From assembly GCA_012295275.1 (NCBI GenBank), contig CM022676.1, positions 15,190,001-15,254,000 on the forward strand: a stretch of 64,000 nt of DNA. Direction: 5' to 3'. The stretch is from Chrysomallon squamiferum. Taxonomy: Eukaryota; Animalia; Mollusca. Shown here piece after piece: positions 43,130 through 59,211 of the stretch. Position numbers and translations under genes: made by a program. The notes beneath the pieces were generated by a model that did not search any database, was not told the DNA's origin, and was given only the letters and a program-made list of their open reading frames with translations. Position 1 is the stretch's first letter, and every line of letters starts with the position of its first letter.

Positions 43130-43680
43130 ATCTTACAAGTCACGGTACTTGGTTGTCAGGTGTCACTTTACTATTCATTTATCTTATAAGTTTCAGTTCT
43201 CCGGTTCACAAGTGACACTTTACAGAGGTCAAAATCAGATAAAAATTATAAAGAAGCCGTGCTGCTTGTTACGGGTAAATAAACACACTGATCACTACTT
43301 TTTTTGATAGTCAGTCGTATTTTGTACTTTTTTAAATTTATTTTATTCGATGTCGGTGTAATTTAATATGTAAAGTCAGAAACCAGTAAGAAAAATACAA
43401 CTAGGGGACCAGATGTAATACTGTCAAGAATAAACAACAAGAATTTAGCGCCCGAAAGAAACCCCGCAAATTAAAACCTCTAACTTCATACTCTTAGTTT
43501 TTAACCTTATTACAGCCTTCTGCATTTCTGAACAATTCAATCTCTAAAAAAAAAAAAATGGACATTTTGTTGTCAGTATGTCCATTTTAAGTGTATTTTA
43601 CTAATAAACTCCAAATATTACATCTTGTGTTGTAAATAACAATTTTAATTTTAATTTTCACTTAAGGTCATTTCAACGTC
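43130..43680 (+). repeat. Older diverged copy of 42110-42615 (and 27810-28315)
   Basis: Shared anchors in the same order: tcttacaagtcacggt, tgtaatt(t)aatatgta, tacaactag..tcaagaataaa..acaa, ttaagtgt.ttttacta.taaact.caaatattaca, aggtcatttcaa. Confidence 0.7.
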
Positions 43681-45854
43681 AAACAAAAGATGCAAAAGTT
43701 GCAAAATGTAGTTGCACGTCCTAGTGGCACATTTGGGATCCTTAGGAAATTATCTTTCCAATAAAACATTGTCATCAAAATGTACCTACTCATTAGCAAC
43801 GTATCAATCTGAAAATAGAGACAACTGTGCACATTTGTGTCAATATTTAAAAATACGAGAGCGAATAGTATTGAGCCTGTGCTATCAATACCATCCAACA
43901 TACATACTCTCTGCTGTGAATATTTTGTCTACGCAGACTTAGCCATTATTCAATACACTGTCTATATAATTCCATGCCTTACTGATTCACAATTTTAAAT
44001 AAAATGCATTCAATGTAGCAGCTGTTCTTGGCGTTTTGCTATATATATTGTTTTATCTTTAAAAAAATGTAACCGTCGGTACACTATTATTATTATTTTT
44101 TTATTATTATTATTATTATTATTATGTTTTATTATTATTACTGTTATGCATGTCATTCTTGTTAACTATATACTTAAAAATAGTATGACATACATGAAAT
44201 GACTGTAAGTATAAAAAGTAAAAAAAAAATCCATATATTTGGAAAGAAAATTTCTTAATATAAAACTGACTACATCAGTCTGTCTCCATCAAACACCACT
44301 ACTTTAATTCAGATCCTCGTTCCTGGCTTTATATACATTGCACGTTGACTGACTCAGTATTTGGTAACCTGCTTCAAAGAACTTTGTCTTAGAAGCTGAA
44401 CTGTAACGTATGGCACAAATGATAAAAAAAAATAAAAAAATAAAACAAGTAAAAAACAATTAAAAATAAAAAGTAAAAAAGTGGCATTGTCAAGAATAGT
44501 GAAGAGAACTTTTCTTTGTGGTAGTCTGTCTACCGGTCTCTTTATTTATATTGACCAATCTATCGATCGATCGATCTATCTGTCTGTCTGTCTGTCTATC
44601 TATATATGTATATATCTGTCTGACTGTCTCTCTGTCTCTCTGTTTATCTATTTATTTATTCAAAATAGTTTGTCAATATGTAAACTTTAGATTCCTTGAT
44701 ACTTGTGTGAAAGTGTGTAAATGTGATTACACGGGTGTGCATCTGTGTATTTTTGTGTGTGTGTCTGATTCTGTGAACAACGACTCACATGTTGTTGTGT
44801 TTACAAATATTCTGTTTTGAACTTTTTTATGCTGATTCAGTTAATTTTCACAAAGTCTTGAGCAAATAACTATCTTTACTGTCTTGAATATAGTAAACAT
44901 AGAAATAATTACTTTGTAACTATCGGAGAATCATGTTATTAGTGATTTGTCAACAGAGGTCATTCTGAAGCTGTTATCAACATGCAGTAAGCATCAAACA
45001 ATTAATGAATTAATTTTTTTATAATCCTATTTGTTCTGTTATAAAAAAACAACAACATATATATTGCTAAATGATTATAATAATTATGAACGGTGTGAAA
45101 ATGAACTCTTTCCTAGTGATGCTAACTTTATTTATAATGGGAATTACGAAGCTACGGAAATAATAATTATTTACTGGCAAATCATTCGTCACTTCCGAAT
45201 CGTTTTGAATGTTTGTAAATGTTTAGTTAAGACATCACATCCGCATCATGATCTTGAATTGAAATCCTATTATCATCACACCAGTTCACCATATACTATT
45301 TATTTTATGTCAGCGGATTAAGTGTAAGATGACTCACACAAAATTATGTAAAAGTATTTTACTAATACTTTGTTTCCAGTCTAAATTGTAACTGGTTGTG
45401 TTTGTAAATCTAAAGATCTGGGACAATTTTGAAATAAGGTTAGTTCGTTTTTCGCATGTCTTTTTTGTGTAACGTCCTTCATGCACATATTTCTCATTAC
45501 CCATCAAGCCATAAACATCCATATTTCTCTTTGTCTCCATAGGTACAGTCATAAATGTTGACAGAGATATACAGAGATATACATATGCATAAAAACAAAC
45601 ATTCAGTTTTCGTTTCTGGTGTAAATAATTAAATAATTTAATTAAGAAACAGTAAATTTTATTTTATTACTGGCAGATATTACATAACACACGTAATTGT
45701 TTTTATTTTTTATTATTATTATCCGTATCACCTGTGATAAATTTCACAAAAAAGAAAAAAGTGAAAAAGGAAACAATGTAAAAACAATAAGAACGGTATG
45801 AGGAATGTCAACATCTAGAGCAAAAATCATAATTATAATGATAATAATAATAAT

Positions 45855-45911
<57 letters not shown>

Positions 45912-45918
45912 AAGACTT

Positions 45919-46170
45919 ACGTGTTGGTGTAATGGAGTTACTCTTATTTGTTTCAGTGCTGCATGTCGATGACGTCAAATCAGTGACAGAAATTGAAGAT
46001 ACAGTCAAACTGTATGTTGTTTCATAACTTGTACCTGTGTGTAAAGTTTTCTTTCCTGTTTGTACAAACTTACATCTGTAGTCATGTTTCGACTCTTTGC
46101 GTGTTATATATGTTTGTGTTTTATATTTATATGTACACATTTTCTCATCACCATTTTTTAAAATGGTGAT
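45919..46170 (-). other. Possible orphan exon: C-terminal half of an Ig-like domain plus S/T-rich stalk
   Basis: Open frame NITILKNGDEKMCTYKYKTQTYITRKESKHDYRCKFVQ...YSLTVSSISVTDLTSSTCSTETNKSNSITPT ending at donor C|GTAAGT; no convincing acceptor or partner exons. Confidence 0.3.
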
Positions 46171-47229
46171 GTTTTAGTTAAGTTTAAAAATAGTACTTCG
46201 TACGAGAGTGTTAAACGTCGTGAGGTAAACTATGAAGCCGTGGAGTAAAACGTCCTAAATTTGTGTCGCACTACAGACGCCTGACTTAACTAAGCGAGAG
46301 TCACTTTAGTGTTGTTTTTAGAAGGTGAAACATCTATCTTTCTAACTGTGTAAGTCGTCACTAACAATGGCTTATGTCAAAAGTTGTGTCCAAAAATGTA
46401 ATTTTGCTGCTTCTCTTCAAACCACATTTTTTTTTTTTTTTTTTTTTGATGAGTGATAATCAATCGGAAGCTCATTCAATTACGTTTCAAACAATATGCG
46501 ACACTACGGTGTGTCATCTTTAGTGCATAACAGCTCGACATTTCAAAGTTGCACGTGCACTGCGAACGTGCTATTAATTACGTTTTCTACAGGGCCAAAT
46601 CGCCGTAGATTTTATGTACAACTAGAAAAGAGTGGCGCTGTTTAAAATGATTATATCTATATGTTGTTTTGATTTTTAATAACTTGTTGGTTACAGTGTT
46701 TTTCTTCAGTGCTTCTACTTTTGCTGTATGTAAGATCAATACGTTCAGAAATGAACACCAAAATTAACATCGTGTTTTGCTGATCACTCTCTCTTCCGTT
46801 CTAAGACGACGATTGTTTTGATTTAAAACATTATTGCTATAAACAGCGAATTAAGTAATATTGATAGAATACTGAATAAGAAATGTTCACTTTTGAATAG
46901 TATGAAATCAGAAACGGATCAGTTTAAAACATCGACTATTTTTACTTGTTGATTAGCCCCATCAGAGAAAATGTCCACTGTGGTCAGATAACAGAGAAGT
47001 TTGTTTCCAGTCTAACCAGAGCAAGTAGAAACCTAAGACAATTATTGTGTGTCTGCTTCAAATGACAGATGTACCACACGTGTATTTTTCTGCATTGCAG
47101 AGTTTGCATGTATTTGCTTATCTGTACAAACACATAGATACATAGACACACACACACACATGCATGCACATACACACACACATACAGATGTACATTTAAA
47201 GAAAGATATCTAACAAACAAAAATCTATA

Positions 47230-47950
47230 ATTAAACAGTGAAATTAAAGAAGATTACGATTTTTCTGTAAATAAGTACTGACGTGGTGGAGAGTTTATTT
47301 ATTTCCTTTCATAGAGAAATATATTACTGATAACCTTTATACCTTTGTATGTATGAATGTGCACACACACAGAAAACGAGAAGCATTAATCTTCAGGTCA
47401 AATAAATATAAAAAATGTTTGATAGATGAAAACACAGAAACAAAAACAGTACTAATAATAATATTAAAAACAAATTAAAAACACAATTTTTTTTCTGGAA
47501 TATATTGACTAAATAATTTCGAAAAACGAAATAAAAAAAGTTTCATGAAAACTTTCGATTAATGCGAATACTTATTACAGTTGGCCTGGAGGTGCTTCGC
47601 TGCCTTCTTGTTCATGTTTTGCTGAGTTAACTCTTACTATATTACTATAGCTTGAATTAATATTAATAATTAGAATCCTCGGCCCTATTATTAGCCAACA
47701 TATATCAACGACAGACAAACACAAACATGTGTAACAAGAAAATTACATTTATGTTCTTTGCAGGTGTCAGCATTGTTTCTTACTTCTTACTTTTTTTTCT
47801 GAAATCAATATTTTTAGATCGATTTAAATGCAACGTGACAACCAGAACGCTCAAACTAGGACTTAAATTATAACTTCCGCATTCAATAGTTAATATGGAT
47901 TGTCGTCCTTGTATTACACTGTAATCTAGCGTTCCACACTAAGTAACATA
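47230..47950 (+). repeat. Diverged direct paralog of ~6815-7570
   Basis: Shared anchors acagtgaaattaaagaagatt, taagtactgac, tagagaaat.tattactg, gtaacaagaaaatt.catt, tagatcgatttaaatgcaacgtgacaa, taacttccgcattcaatagttaatatgg. Confidence 0.8.
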
Positions 47951-48029
47951 GGTAGTAACATCAGACATTAATTTTTAATTTTTCTTTTTATCAGACACAC
48001 ACACCAAAAGCCACCACAAACAACACTAA

Positions 48030-48068
<39 letters not shown>

Positions 48069-48485
48069 TGATATATGATTCCGTTTTTCATCACTATCAT
48101 AGTTGGTTTATCAAGGTCATGAACCTGCAAGGTGCCAGTCAGAGAAGAGTAGTCTGGTATTTTGTGACCGTGGCTTCCTCTCATTATCTTTTGAACGCAT
48201 TTATAAGATGTGAATATTTCACTGTTACAAGTATTTCTGCCTAAATAGACATGGATTTATACATTACGACTAGTATAACTACATTCTGATCTATATGTAA
48301 TGTTTTGGTACGTCGAAGTAAATATATTTAACAGTTATATTGGATTTGTGAAAATTAGAAACAGGTGCTTTCCTTTCTGAATCTGGTACTCCAATTTCAG
48401 GAAATCAGCAGGTCTTCGAGTATAGCAACACGAAAATTACGTTCAGTATATATATGTATATGTGTGTGTGTGTTTTATATATGTA

Positions 48486-48522
<37 letters not shown>

Positions 48523-48738
48523 GAGATCACTGTGAGAATCAACACATTGGTGAATAATGACTTTATTAAATGGCGGTTTAATCTGTGGAGGTTTAAGAAA
48601 ATTATGAGTGCATATGATTTTATAAATTTGAAAAAGTATTTTATCATTATATTATTGCTGGTATTATTATCATCATCAGCAGCAGCAACAGCAATAGAAC
48701 CATCATTAATATTGTTGTGATCATTCTGATTATTAATG

Positions 48739-48769
<31 letters not shown>

Positions 48770-49927
48770 CATCATCATCATCATTATCATTGATATTGTT
48801 GGTACGGGTGATAACCTTTCTTCACACAAATACTAAATAATTATGTCAGTAAATAAAATAAAATGAAGTCAAAACTATATGAAAACAAGAGTGGAATGGC
48901 AGTGAAAACGTTTTGAAATGTCCCCTTTGTGAGCGTTCTGAACACAAGTAAAACATAATTGTCAATATAAAAGGAAAACTAAAGTAAGACAGAATATTGT
49001 GTCGAACTCAAATGCATATTCACAATATAGTGACGAAAATGTGCAAAAAGCTACATCATCATTCATTTTTATGTTATTAGTTTTTTTATTGTATTTATCA
49101 ATTATTATTATTAATTTTTGTGTGTGTGTGTACGTGTTTGTTTGTGATGACAAATAATATAACAAATTATGTTCATTTTAATCTGTATATGTTCTTTGGG
49201 TAATAATTAACTGAATTTAGAAAACAAATTCTTGTTCTGGGCTCTAGTATCACATCATCATTATAATTTATTGTCATTGTCTAGGTAATAAGTCAGAGAG
49301 TTTAGTGTTTGTGTGCGCACAAAACATCAAAGTCATATTTGTTTGTATTTCTATACATAGTTTAATCACAATTAAAGTGATACAACTAATTACAATATCA
49401 CTAGACATAGATGAATTATAATTTTACTAGACACAGCTTAATCATGATTTTAGTAGATATAGATTAATCAGAATTTGACTAAGCATACTTTAATCAGAAT
49501 TTTAAAGACTCATCGCAACTATATACTGTACAGTATCAGTTAATTCAAAACATTCAAAGGAAACACTGTAATTTTAGAACATAAAATACTATTCAAACAT
49601 GCGCTGTATATTACATTGTACTGATGAAAACATAATACAAATATAAAACCCCATTTAAAACAAATATGTATAACGACGTTCTTGTATGAAAAGAAGAATA
49701 TTTATATATTTAATTAGTTATCTTTATTATTAAAATTTCATGATTGTAAATAATCATTTTATGTAATTTCGTTTCCTAAAATTAGGTGTTTTTCAAAGTT
49801 TTAACCTGTGTATGTGTGTATGTACGTATATATAAATGTAGGTGTGTATGTGTGTATATATGTATACTAAAAGAAACAAAATGAGTTGTTTCGAAGTTTT
49901 AATTAAATACATTAATAAATATATATT

Positions 49928-50759
49928 TTAATGTTTTGGTTTATAATCACTGAAATCCAAAACTTCATACGGATGTTCTTCAGTTGACTGACTCTGTTGT
50001 AGACTGTTATCTACATATAAAAAAAAGAGATGTATAAACATTTTCTTTATATCTCAAAAATAATAAGTCATACAGAAATAGAGAAAAAAAACAGACTAAC
50101 AAATCCAGATGGTTAAATAATAAATAATAAGATATATAAAAAAAAAAAAAAAACATAAATGTGACATATTAACTTGACCAGGCTGTAATTTACAGCAAGT
50201 ATAAAGACAGATATTGATACATAGTAGTGATAAAATAGTTTGTAATACTGCCAATTATCAATTTGTAAACACTCTGTACTTATCAGAGAAATATGTTAAA
50301 CTATATACTTGATTATCTGAGGAGGTAATAAAAATAATTCTATTAACTAGTCATTTAACACAAAATAACTCCAGACATTCTTAGCTCAGTATATAAATGA
50401 CAATATTTTATATCATTACTTTTTCATAATATTTTGTCCAGCCTTCTATTTCATACTCATTTATTTCATTACATTTTTCTTTCATTACTTCATTTTGTCA
50501 CTTAATTTTTTCTTTCCTGATTACCCTGAAAAAAGTCTTAATAGATACTGAACGTAAAGTAAGCCTTCTTGGAGTAAACGTTTAGAAAACATTCAACTTA
50601 CCCGGTTCAAAAGCACCATTATCGTATATTGAAGACTGCCGTTGTGAAAAGTTCCTGTGATTTGAGAGATACAAAATTTCTAAGTGAATTGACTTTTAAA
50701 GTTTAATAATAAAAATTACAGACAGACTACTCACAATTAAAGGTTAAATAATTTATGTG

Positions 50760-50820
<61 letters not shown>

Positions 50821-53091
50821 CAATAACAACAACAAGAGCAATACTAAAAATAAGTAATAAGAAGAACAATGCAGTTTTAGATTAACAAAGATACATATAT
50901 GGAAAAGAAAGAAAGGAAAAATAAGAAAAATATCGAAATATTTTTTTAAAAAGTATATACTCTCCGAAAAAAGAAACGCAAAATGGTTGATTTCTTAGAC
51001 AACTATTGTAAACTGACACATATCGATGTACAAACTATGAATATAAATGACATTTGGTTATTCAAACGTATAGCTTGTATTACAGTCGCCAAAAAGCAGG
51101 TAACACAAAATAAAGGCTATGATCGTGTGTATTAGCCAAAACGTCCCCGCATGCAAACAACGTTACCAGTTCATGTGCACGTGCGGAACATAAAACTTGA
51201 ACACGAGGGTTAAAAAAATGCAAGGTTTTCGAATACTTCTGTTCGTTATGTTTGTTCTCACCCAACATCAAACAAATGTCAAAACTGAGTGAACCGCAAC
51301 GAAACAACACAATCGGTCGTTAACAAGCTTGCAAATACTTCTCGGCCATAGCCCAGGTGTTCCATGTATCCCCAAGCACCATCTTCAGATTGTGGTATCG
51401 GTTCCAGCAACACCAAACAAAACGTGACCCTCCCAGTCAGGTAGACCATTTCTGCTCACCAGGTTCCAGGACCGCTACATACGGGTACTTCATCTAATTG
51501 AAAGAACCACATCGGCGTAGAATTTCGGGTCAGACAGTGCGAATCGTTTACGCGAGGCAGGTATTTAAGCCAGACGGCCTGTAAGAAGAGTGGTTTTGAC
51601 TCAAAAACATCGTTGACTATGACGTCAGCGGTGTCACGTGCACAGAGCCTGGCCTCAATTACGATGGAGAACAGTCTGGTTTAGTGACGAGGCTCAATTT
51701 CTGCTTCATCGAGTTGATGGAAGATGTCAAGTTTACAGACGTCGTGGTGAATGTTTTGCTGCAAACTGCATACAGGAAGCGGAAATACATGGCGGTGGTA
51801 GTGTGAATTTCGTACACTGGCAGGACCAACCTGCTTCACATTCAAGGCAACTTAACGGCACAGAGATACCGAGATGAAATTTTCCAGCCACCTGTCGCTC
51901 CAATTATGAATAATGGTAACGCTGTATTCCAGCACGACAATGCGAAAGCACATACAGCCAGACTCACAACAGCGTACTTACACAACAATAACATTCTTAA
52001 TCTCCGGATTTGAACACTATAAAGAATTTATGGGACGATTTGGATAGGCGACATAGGCAGCATCAACCATTTCCACATAATCCTGGTCAGTTGGCATTAT
52101 TACTACAGACAGAGTGGGCCACCATTGCACAAGGTGTAATTCGTAATGTCATTACTGCCATGGGAAGGAGATGTGAGGCAGTGCTGGACTCCCATAGTGG
52201 GCACACAAGGTATTAATATTATACTGTTATAACCTTGAACTTTAACCTTTTCATTGTAATACCATCAATATTAAAGAATTGCGAAAGTGTGTAAAATGTC
52301 AACATGCTTTATGTTGATCCGTTTTATATATATATATATAAGGAAATAAACATTGAAGTTGATTAATGGATTGTTGGATAATAACATTAAATACATGAAA
52401 TAAATGTAATCAATCATTCTTCACGATGACTACCAAACTGACAGAGTTTATTTTATTATTTCTTGCATAGTTGAATATTTCCATGTTAAAATACGACAAG
52501 GAGAGACATCAAATATACATCACAAACATACAGAAGAAATACACACGTAACACAAAGATATACACATATCCATACAGATCATATAGAGACATATATACAT
52601 AGCAAAATATACACATCATGCACAGATATATTCACACATAAACCCATGACACACAACTGTAGCTCAGAGGTACACATATACTCACACATCGCAAACTGAC
52701 AGGGACTAACATGCAACATAAACAGATATACACCTGCCCCGTCACAGACAGACACGTACGTGTATCACACAGAGACATACAGACAGAAATATGTGGGACA
52801 TCAATCGGGAATTGCTTACGGTTTGATTCATTGGTTATAGAACCTCTGAACTGTGGACGTTATTTAATATTAAAGGTTTCATTTCAACACAGAAATAACG
52901 GATTGAAACGATAAACCTTTGATGTTAGAATATACTCGTATATTTATAACTAATGCAATCTACAATCACTGTTGTGCATGAACACACACATGCTTGAATA
53001 CATATACTTTTATAACAGTAATAAACTCAGTTAATATATACTGTTAGTTGGTATTACCTTGTTTCATATACATGTTTATCTTTTGCATTTC
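49928..53091 (-). CDS. Three small cytoplasmic exons (53091-53058, 50654-50602, 50010-49928)
   Basis: [56 protein letters not shown]; canonical ag/gt sites with compatible phases. Confidence 0.65.
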
Positions 53092-53230
53092 CTGAAAACA
53101 AAAAAATAAATACTAATTACAGGCACTAAAATAATAAATAAACAGGCAAAAGTTGTCTGAACATTTGTTATGTTAAATAATAGTGTTCGATCAAAACTAC
53201 TTTTATTTTATTTTATTATGGATAATAATA

Positions 53231-53280
<50 letters not shown>

Positions 53281-54304
53281 CATGATAATTTTATTTTGTT
53301 ACAAAGCGTATTCCTATTTATCTCAAATTGTTTAAGTATTACATATTTCCTGATCTATCTGTTTCACAAACACATAGACGTAGAGGAAGATGCACTACGA
53401 CACACGTTTACACTTTGAAACTTAAACAAAAAGAAAGAAACAGTACGAACTTTTTTTCAGTCTACGGTATATGAAGACAGTAGCGACAACAAGAAGAGTT
53501 AACACGAGAATCCCTGATCCAGATCCAGCAGCGACTGGTATCAAATTTTCATTAGACACGTCATCTGAAACAACACTTGTTCATTTGAATAGACATATGC
53601 CATACAAACTAGTAGTGCTTGACACATGTAACAAAATATATCCTAAAGGTATATGTATTACAATACGGTAAATATATTGAAATAAAGGTTTAAAATACGA
53701 CAGATGTAAGTAAGATAATAAATGTGAAAGTCAAAAGAAAACAATTTGAAATAAATGATCTGTAAAACTATTAATAAATATTGTTATGATTCATGAGATG
53801 AAAAACAGTTTCTAATATTAAAATCACTTAACGTTGATGTACAGCTATACTGGAATAGAGTTTCAAAAAATCAATAAGTGAAGATACTGAATATATTTTT
53901 TGTTTATTTACTTTTATTTAGTTATTTATCTATTTATTTGTTTGTTTTTGCTCTCCAACATACTTTCGAACATCGTTTCTCCTCAATCAGTTGATCAATG
54001 TGCTTAAAGATGTAACCATTTGAACTGGAATTGTTTTCTAATTTCATATTATGAGGCAACTAGAAGTTTCCTAAACCAATTTAAATATCAGTCTGAAAAT
54101 AATGTAACATTTTAAAAATACTCTGTGATAAAAGTATTGGAAAAGAACTAGCCAAAGACTGTACAAATACCGGAAGATCATCATCATTGATCATAAGATC
54201 ATTTACATCCAACATCACCGGTACAGTTTGTTTTAAAATGTTATAGTAAAGAAAACAACAAGATAAATAAAATAATATTTAATAATAATAATAATAATAA
54301 TAAT

Positions 54305-54367
<63 letters not shown>

Positions 54368-57300
54368 CTCTCAGATAAATACGTACTACAAACAAATAAA
54401 ACAATATGATGTAAACCTGTATGGGAAGAAACAATAAACAGAATATTAAAATGCATGTTATCTCATTATTGACATAGGTACCTGTAATAAAAATATATCT
54501 CTCATCTGTGAAACCTTTAACTCCGTATTTGTTATAAGCAAAAATCCTCACAAGATACTTCGTGTCTGATTTCAGAGATCCTATCACTGTTTTATGGATT
54601 GTATGCAGACCACGTTCTAGAAATTTCTCTGTGACGTTGTTCCACTGTCTTGACGTGTTTTCTCTGTACTGCACTATGAATGTTTGTACGAAGCCGCCGT
54701 TAAATTCCTCTGTCCAAGACACTGAGATGGCAGAAGACCTGATTCTCTGCAGGCTCAAATTGGAAGGAATCCTCGGTGGACCTTGTAGGCAAAACACAAG
54801 TCAGGCTAATTAATGTTGATAAACATGACCATACTAGAATAAAAAAGAAAATTATAAGCGAGCATGAATATATGTGTCTGTATGTCAGTGTCTGTGTAAA
54901 TGTGTGTATGCGTGTAAGTTGTTATTTCTGTTATTACTGATATTCTAATTTGTGTTAGAAATAACAGTTACATTTAACAATAAGCTGCACACTTTGACTG
55001 ACATCAGACTTGATGTTGTTTCCTGCTTCACAAGTGTAAAATCCTGTATCCAGACATCCAGCTTCATTCCAGCTGTACTCCACTGACTTGGAGTTGTTCA
55101 CTTCACGTAGAATGTGTGAGTTGTTTAACAGTTTGATGTGAGATGCTGGATTACTGTCAACTTCACATCTCAGAGTCATGGGAGTCAGCTCATCAACTGT
55201 TATCTTTGTAGACTTCGAGTTTAACGTCAAAGATGTAATAGAAGTTTGGTCTGCAATGATAGAAAACATTTACTACATGTAAAATCACTGACGTTTGATC
55301 TGCAAGTGAAACCAGTCAAACACTAGTAATATAAAGAGCAGTATCATCTCTCGATAACTAGTACACAAAGTGTCAGTTGTTTTACTCGAAAAGAAATTTT
55401 GTTTGTGTGTATGTTCTGGAAACATAAACATTGTCTACAACACTTTAACTTTTATTTTCATTTACTAGTAAATTATAATAGACGCAGCAAAAAAACAACT
55501 AACGCAAATATTTTCATTATCACTTAATGTATGAAATTTATTTATAAAGAATTGTTTTTGTGTTTTTTTAGTGGAAACTCGGGTTACGAACGCCTCGAAG
55601 CACGAATATTCCGAATTAAGCTTTCTTTTGACCTCAACATCTAGTAAAGATAAGAATAGAGGCTTACTTCAAAACCGAAATCAAAGTAAGGATTATAGGC
55701 ATGCCCTACAGCAAATATGTATCATAAATCAGGGCCTTTAGTCTTCGATATGCAGTTGCAGTTCAATAGCTTTTGGATTGAGATTGTGCGGTCGCATTTT
55801 TTAAAAAGCGTTGCTGCTTTTATATGTATGATTCTTATTATACCCTATTATGCGCAAGAAAACAAAACGTGAAAGCTATAATGCTGGTGGTAATTATAAA
55901 TCTATCACAGTAGAAGTTAAGATGGAAATAATTGCAAAACATAAGAGTGCCGTTCGTGTGTCCGACATTGCTTCGGTTTATGTAAAATTCGGTTTACGAA
56001 CGGAGTTCTGGAACGGATTAAGTTCGTAACCCGATGTTCCACTGTATGTAGCTAAAACACAATCAGGCTGAAGTTTTTCATACAAGTACTGACAACACGA
56101 TAGGTAAACAGTGTCAGCAAATCTACAGCACTATCTAGTCAGACACGTTTCTCCAGTTTATTTTGAATTATTCTGTCAAAATTGAAAAAAAAAATGCTTT
56201 CCACGCTTCAAATACTATTAAAGGAATAATACTAAAATAAAATTAAAAAGGAAATGAACTTTAAGAAATAATAATTATAATAAATAAATAAATAAATAAA
56301 GTAAGAAATAAAAACACAAAATAATCGTAAAACAGATTTTGTAGGCAGTTCTCGATTGAAAATTATTAGAATTTCACAACAGGATAAAGAAAAAATGCAA
56401 TATAATTTAAAATATAATCAAAAAAGATATTATTGTTAGTGAAAAAATCTTAATATACATGAAACTACTGGCTTGGAAGTGAATGCGAGAGAAAACTGGT
56501 AAATGTTTTAAAACTTTACTCACTAAATGTATCTCATTTTAAAACAAAAATATTTTGTTGATTTTTATTTCAAATGTAGACAGACAGCAATGAAACAGCG
56601 ATAACTTTGAAGAAACCGCTTAATACAGTATGTTATTTCAAAATATTTCTATACCTTATTAACATGCTTTCATTTAACATATTTTGTTGAGATGAATTAA
56701 AATGAAAACGGGGATTCGATATTTATGTTAATGATTTTTCGTGGGTTTCTTTTACATATTATTTTTGTAATCTGGAACTTACAAAGAACTCTCAGCTGGA
56801 ACTGGTTACTTCCTGAACGTTCAGATCTATTTGCTGTACATGTAAATGTTTTTCTTGTCTGATTTCTGCTGACAGGTCCAACAGTTAATACAGAACTCTT
56901 AACCAAATACCGATCTTCACTTCTCCACGTGTAGACACAAGATGAGTCACAATTAGCAACACAGCCTACATTTAGAGTTTCTCCTTCAACAATGTTTCCT
57001 GGAGCTGAAGGAATGAATCTAACATAAAGGGTTCCATCTGCAAATAAATAAATAAATAAACAAATAAATAAATAGTATCATTATAACAGCAAGTGGAATG
57101 TATGGTATCAGTGTATTAATTTATTACAGTCGGAAAAAAATAACAAAAAAACAAACAAGTTAATCAAAATAATAATTCTTATGGAACGTAAAATTAGAAA
57201 ACAAAAACTATGATTAAATTTGATGTTTTCTGCAGGTTTAATGTATCTGAAGATAGCTTTTAAGTAAATGAGATAGACTTTTCATATGAACCGATGCAAT

Positions 57301-58372
57301 TTCGTAAAGCTCAGCTGTATATCCAGCGTTATAAAATACAGCCAAGAAGAATAAATGAAAATAGAAAGGTGATTATTATTATTTCTTTAAGCGAGATGGA
57401 CCTTTAAACTGCAGAAAGTACATCAAGAACATAAAAATAAAATACATTCATGTATTCATTACAATATAATGTTGTGACATTCACAAACTTTAACATGAAG
57501 TTAAAATAAACAGATAAATAAAAATAGGACCACAGTATATATACATAATTTAATTAATTAATTTTTGAATTAATCAATAAAAATTAAATAGAGTCATAAG
57601 TAAAGAAAATCTTGAATGACATAACGTAATGTATCCAGTTGCTAGTAGAGACATCTAATGGATAATGACATTTGAGTGTAAGGTTTCCACATCCAAAAGC
57701 TAAATTAAAGACAGAATGTAAGATGGTGATGAACAAAGTGGATGAAAAAAACTATTTTGTGAGAAGCTGATGATTACACAATTAAATTTTTTGGACAATA
57801 TGCAACTCGTTTTGTAATTGATAAACAATAAAATAAAATAAAATAAAATAAAATGTCTCCTGAAAACTGACATTGACAGCTGATACCAGCATCCTCTGAG
57901 TGACTACAGTAGTGTTTTCCCCAGCCAAGAAATGAACACTTTTCAACAGTGTCTTCATCTCCATCACATCTCAGCTCATCAAGCCATATTTGCCCAGTTC
58001 CTGCTCCAAAGTGAGCACTTTCATACTGTATTGCATTAAAACTTAAACAAAATTAATATTCATTGTAAAATAAATAATATGTACAGTAAAATGAACATTA
58101 TTAAACATAGTTTGCATAACGCCTTAACAGATCTTCTCGTAGTCCTGACGTTTTAAGAAGACATTTGTTACTTTCTAAGTGATTTCAACTATGTTTAATA
58201 TGTATGCTTTGCTACCAAAAGCATAGTCAAAATATCGCCAGCGAAACTGATTTTTCGAACATGACTTGATTATATTTCCTATAACGCTCAAGATCATCAT
58301 TGCTAGAAATTACTATTACTGTTACTTTTTGTTGTAACTGCTGTCGTTTTTTTTCCCCTCTTCTTCTCATAA

Positions 58373-58440
<68 letters not shown>

Positions 58441-59167
58441 GATTCTCTCGAAAAGTATTTCACGGACACATCATCACTAACTTTCACTGTCAGTAAAATC
58501 AGTTACATCTGTATAAAATATTCTTGTTCACAAACTAAGTATGAAAGTAAGTAAGTAATTATGTAAATAAATGAAGGAATTACCGGCTAAATCCTAACAT
58601 GTGACATAAAACAGAAGCATCTTTCTCATCAAAATCATCATCACAGATTGTTCCCCACGTCCCGTTTACTTGAATCTCAACTCGACCTTGTGTTTGTATT
58701 CCTCCTCCATTCACTAACCGTACAGGTACTGAAATAGTAACATGTTATGTCTGATTTGTAATTAATAATAGTATGATTTGTTTAATAAAACAAAAACAGT
58801 AACAAACAAAACAACAAACAAACATGTATATACTGACATATCATTTTTGTCCTAAAAATTATGTAACAGATATTTGGTAATAAACGTAAAGTTCGGTAAA
58901 ATAAAGATGTCGCTATATCCCTATTATTCCCCTAAACATCGGCAACCAATATTTCTAATATTAATGCACTAACAGTTTGAAATACACCCGTGCACAGTGC
59001 TAGAGGAATCTCTTTCCAAAGCTTATTTGAAGACACTGAGTTTATGATAACAGATAAAACAACACATAGTATAGATTTCAAAGATATTCTGAATGAAAAG
59101 CAGAACTCCTGTCATTCACCTTATTTTTATTTTTATTTTTATTTTTGATTTTTTTTTTTTTTTTTTT

Positions 59168-59211
<44 letters not shown>

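Noticed and set aside
50280-50446. Additional small cytoplasmic exon candidates ([12 protein letters not shown]; EGWTKYYEK)
   Set aside because: Phases do not join cleanly with flanking exons; needs RNA evidence.
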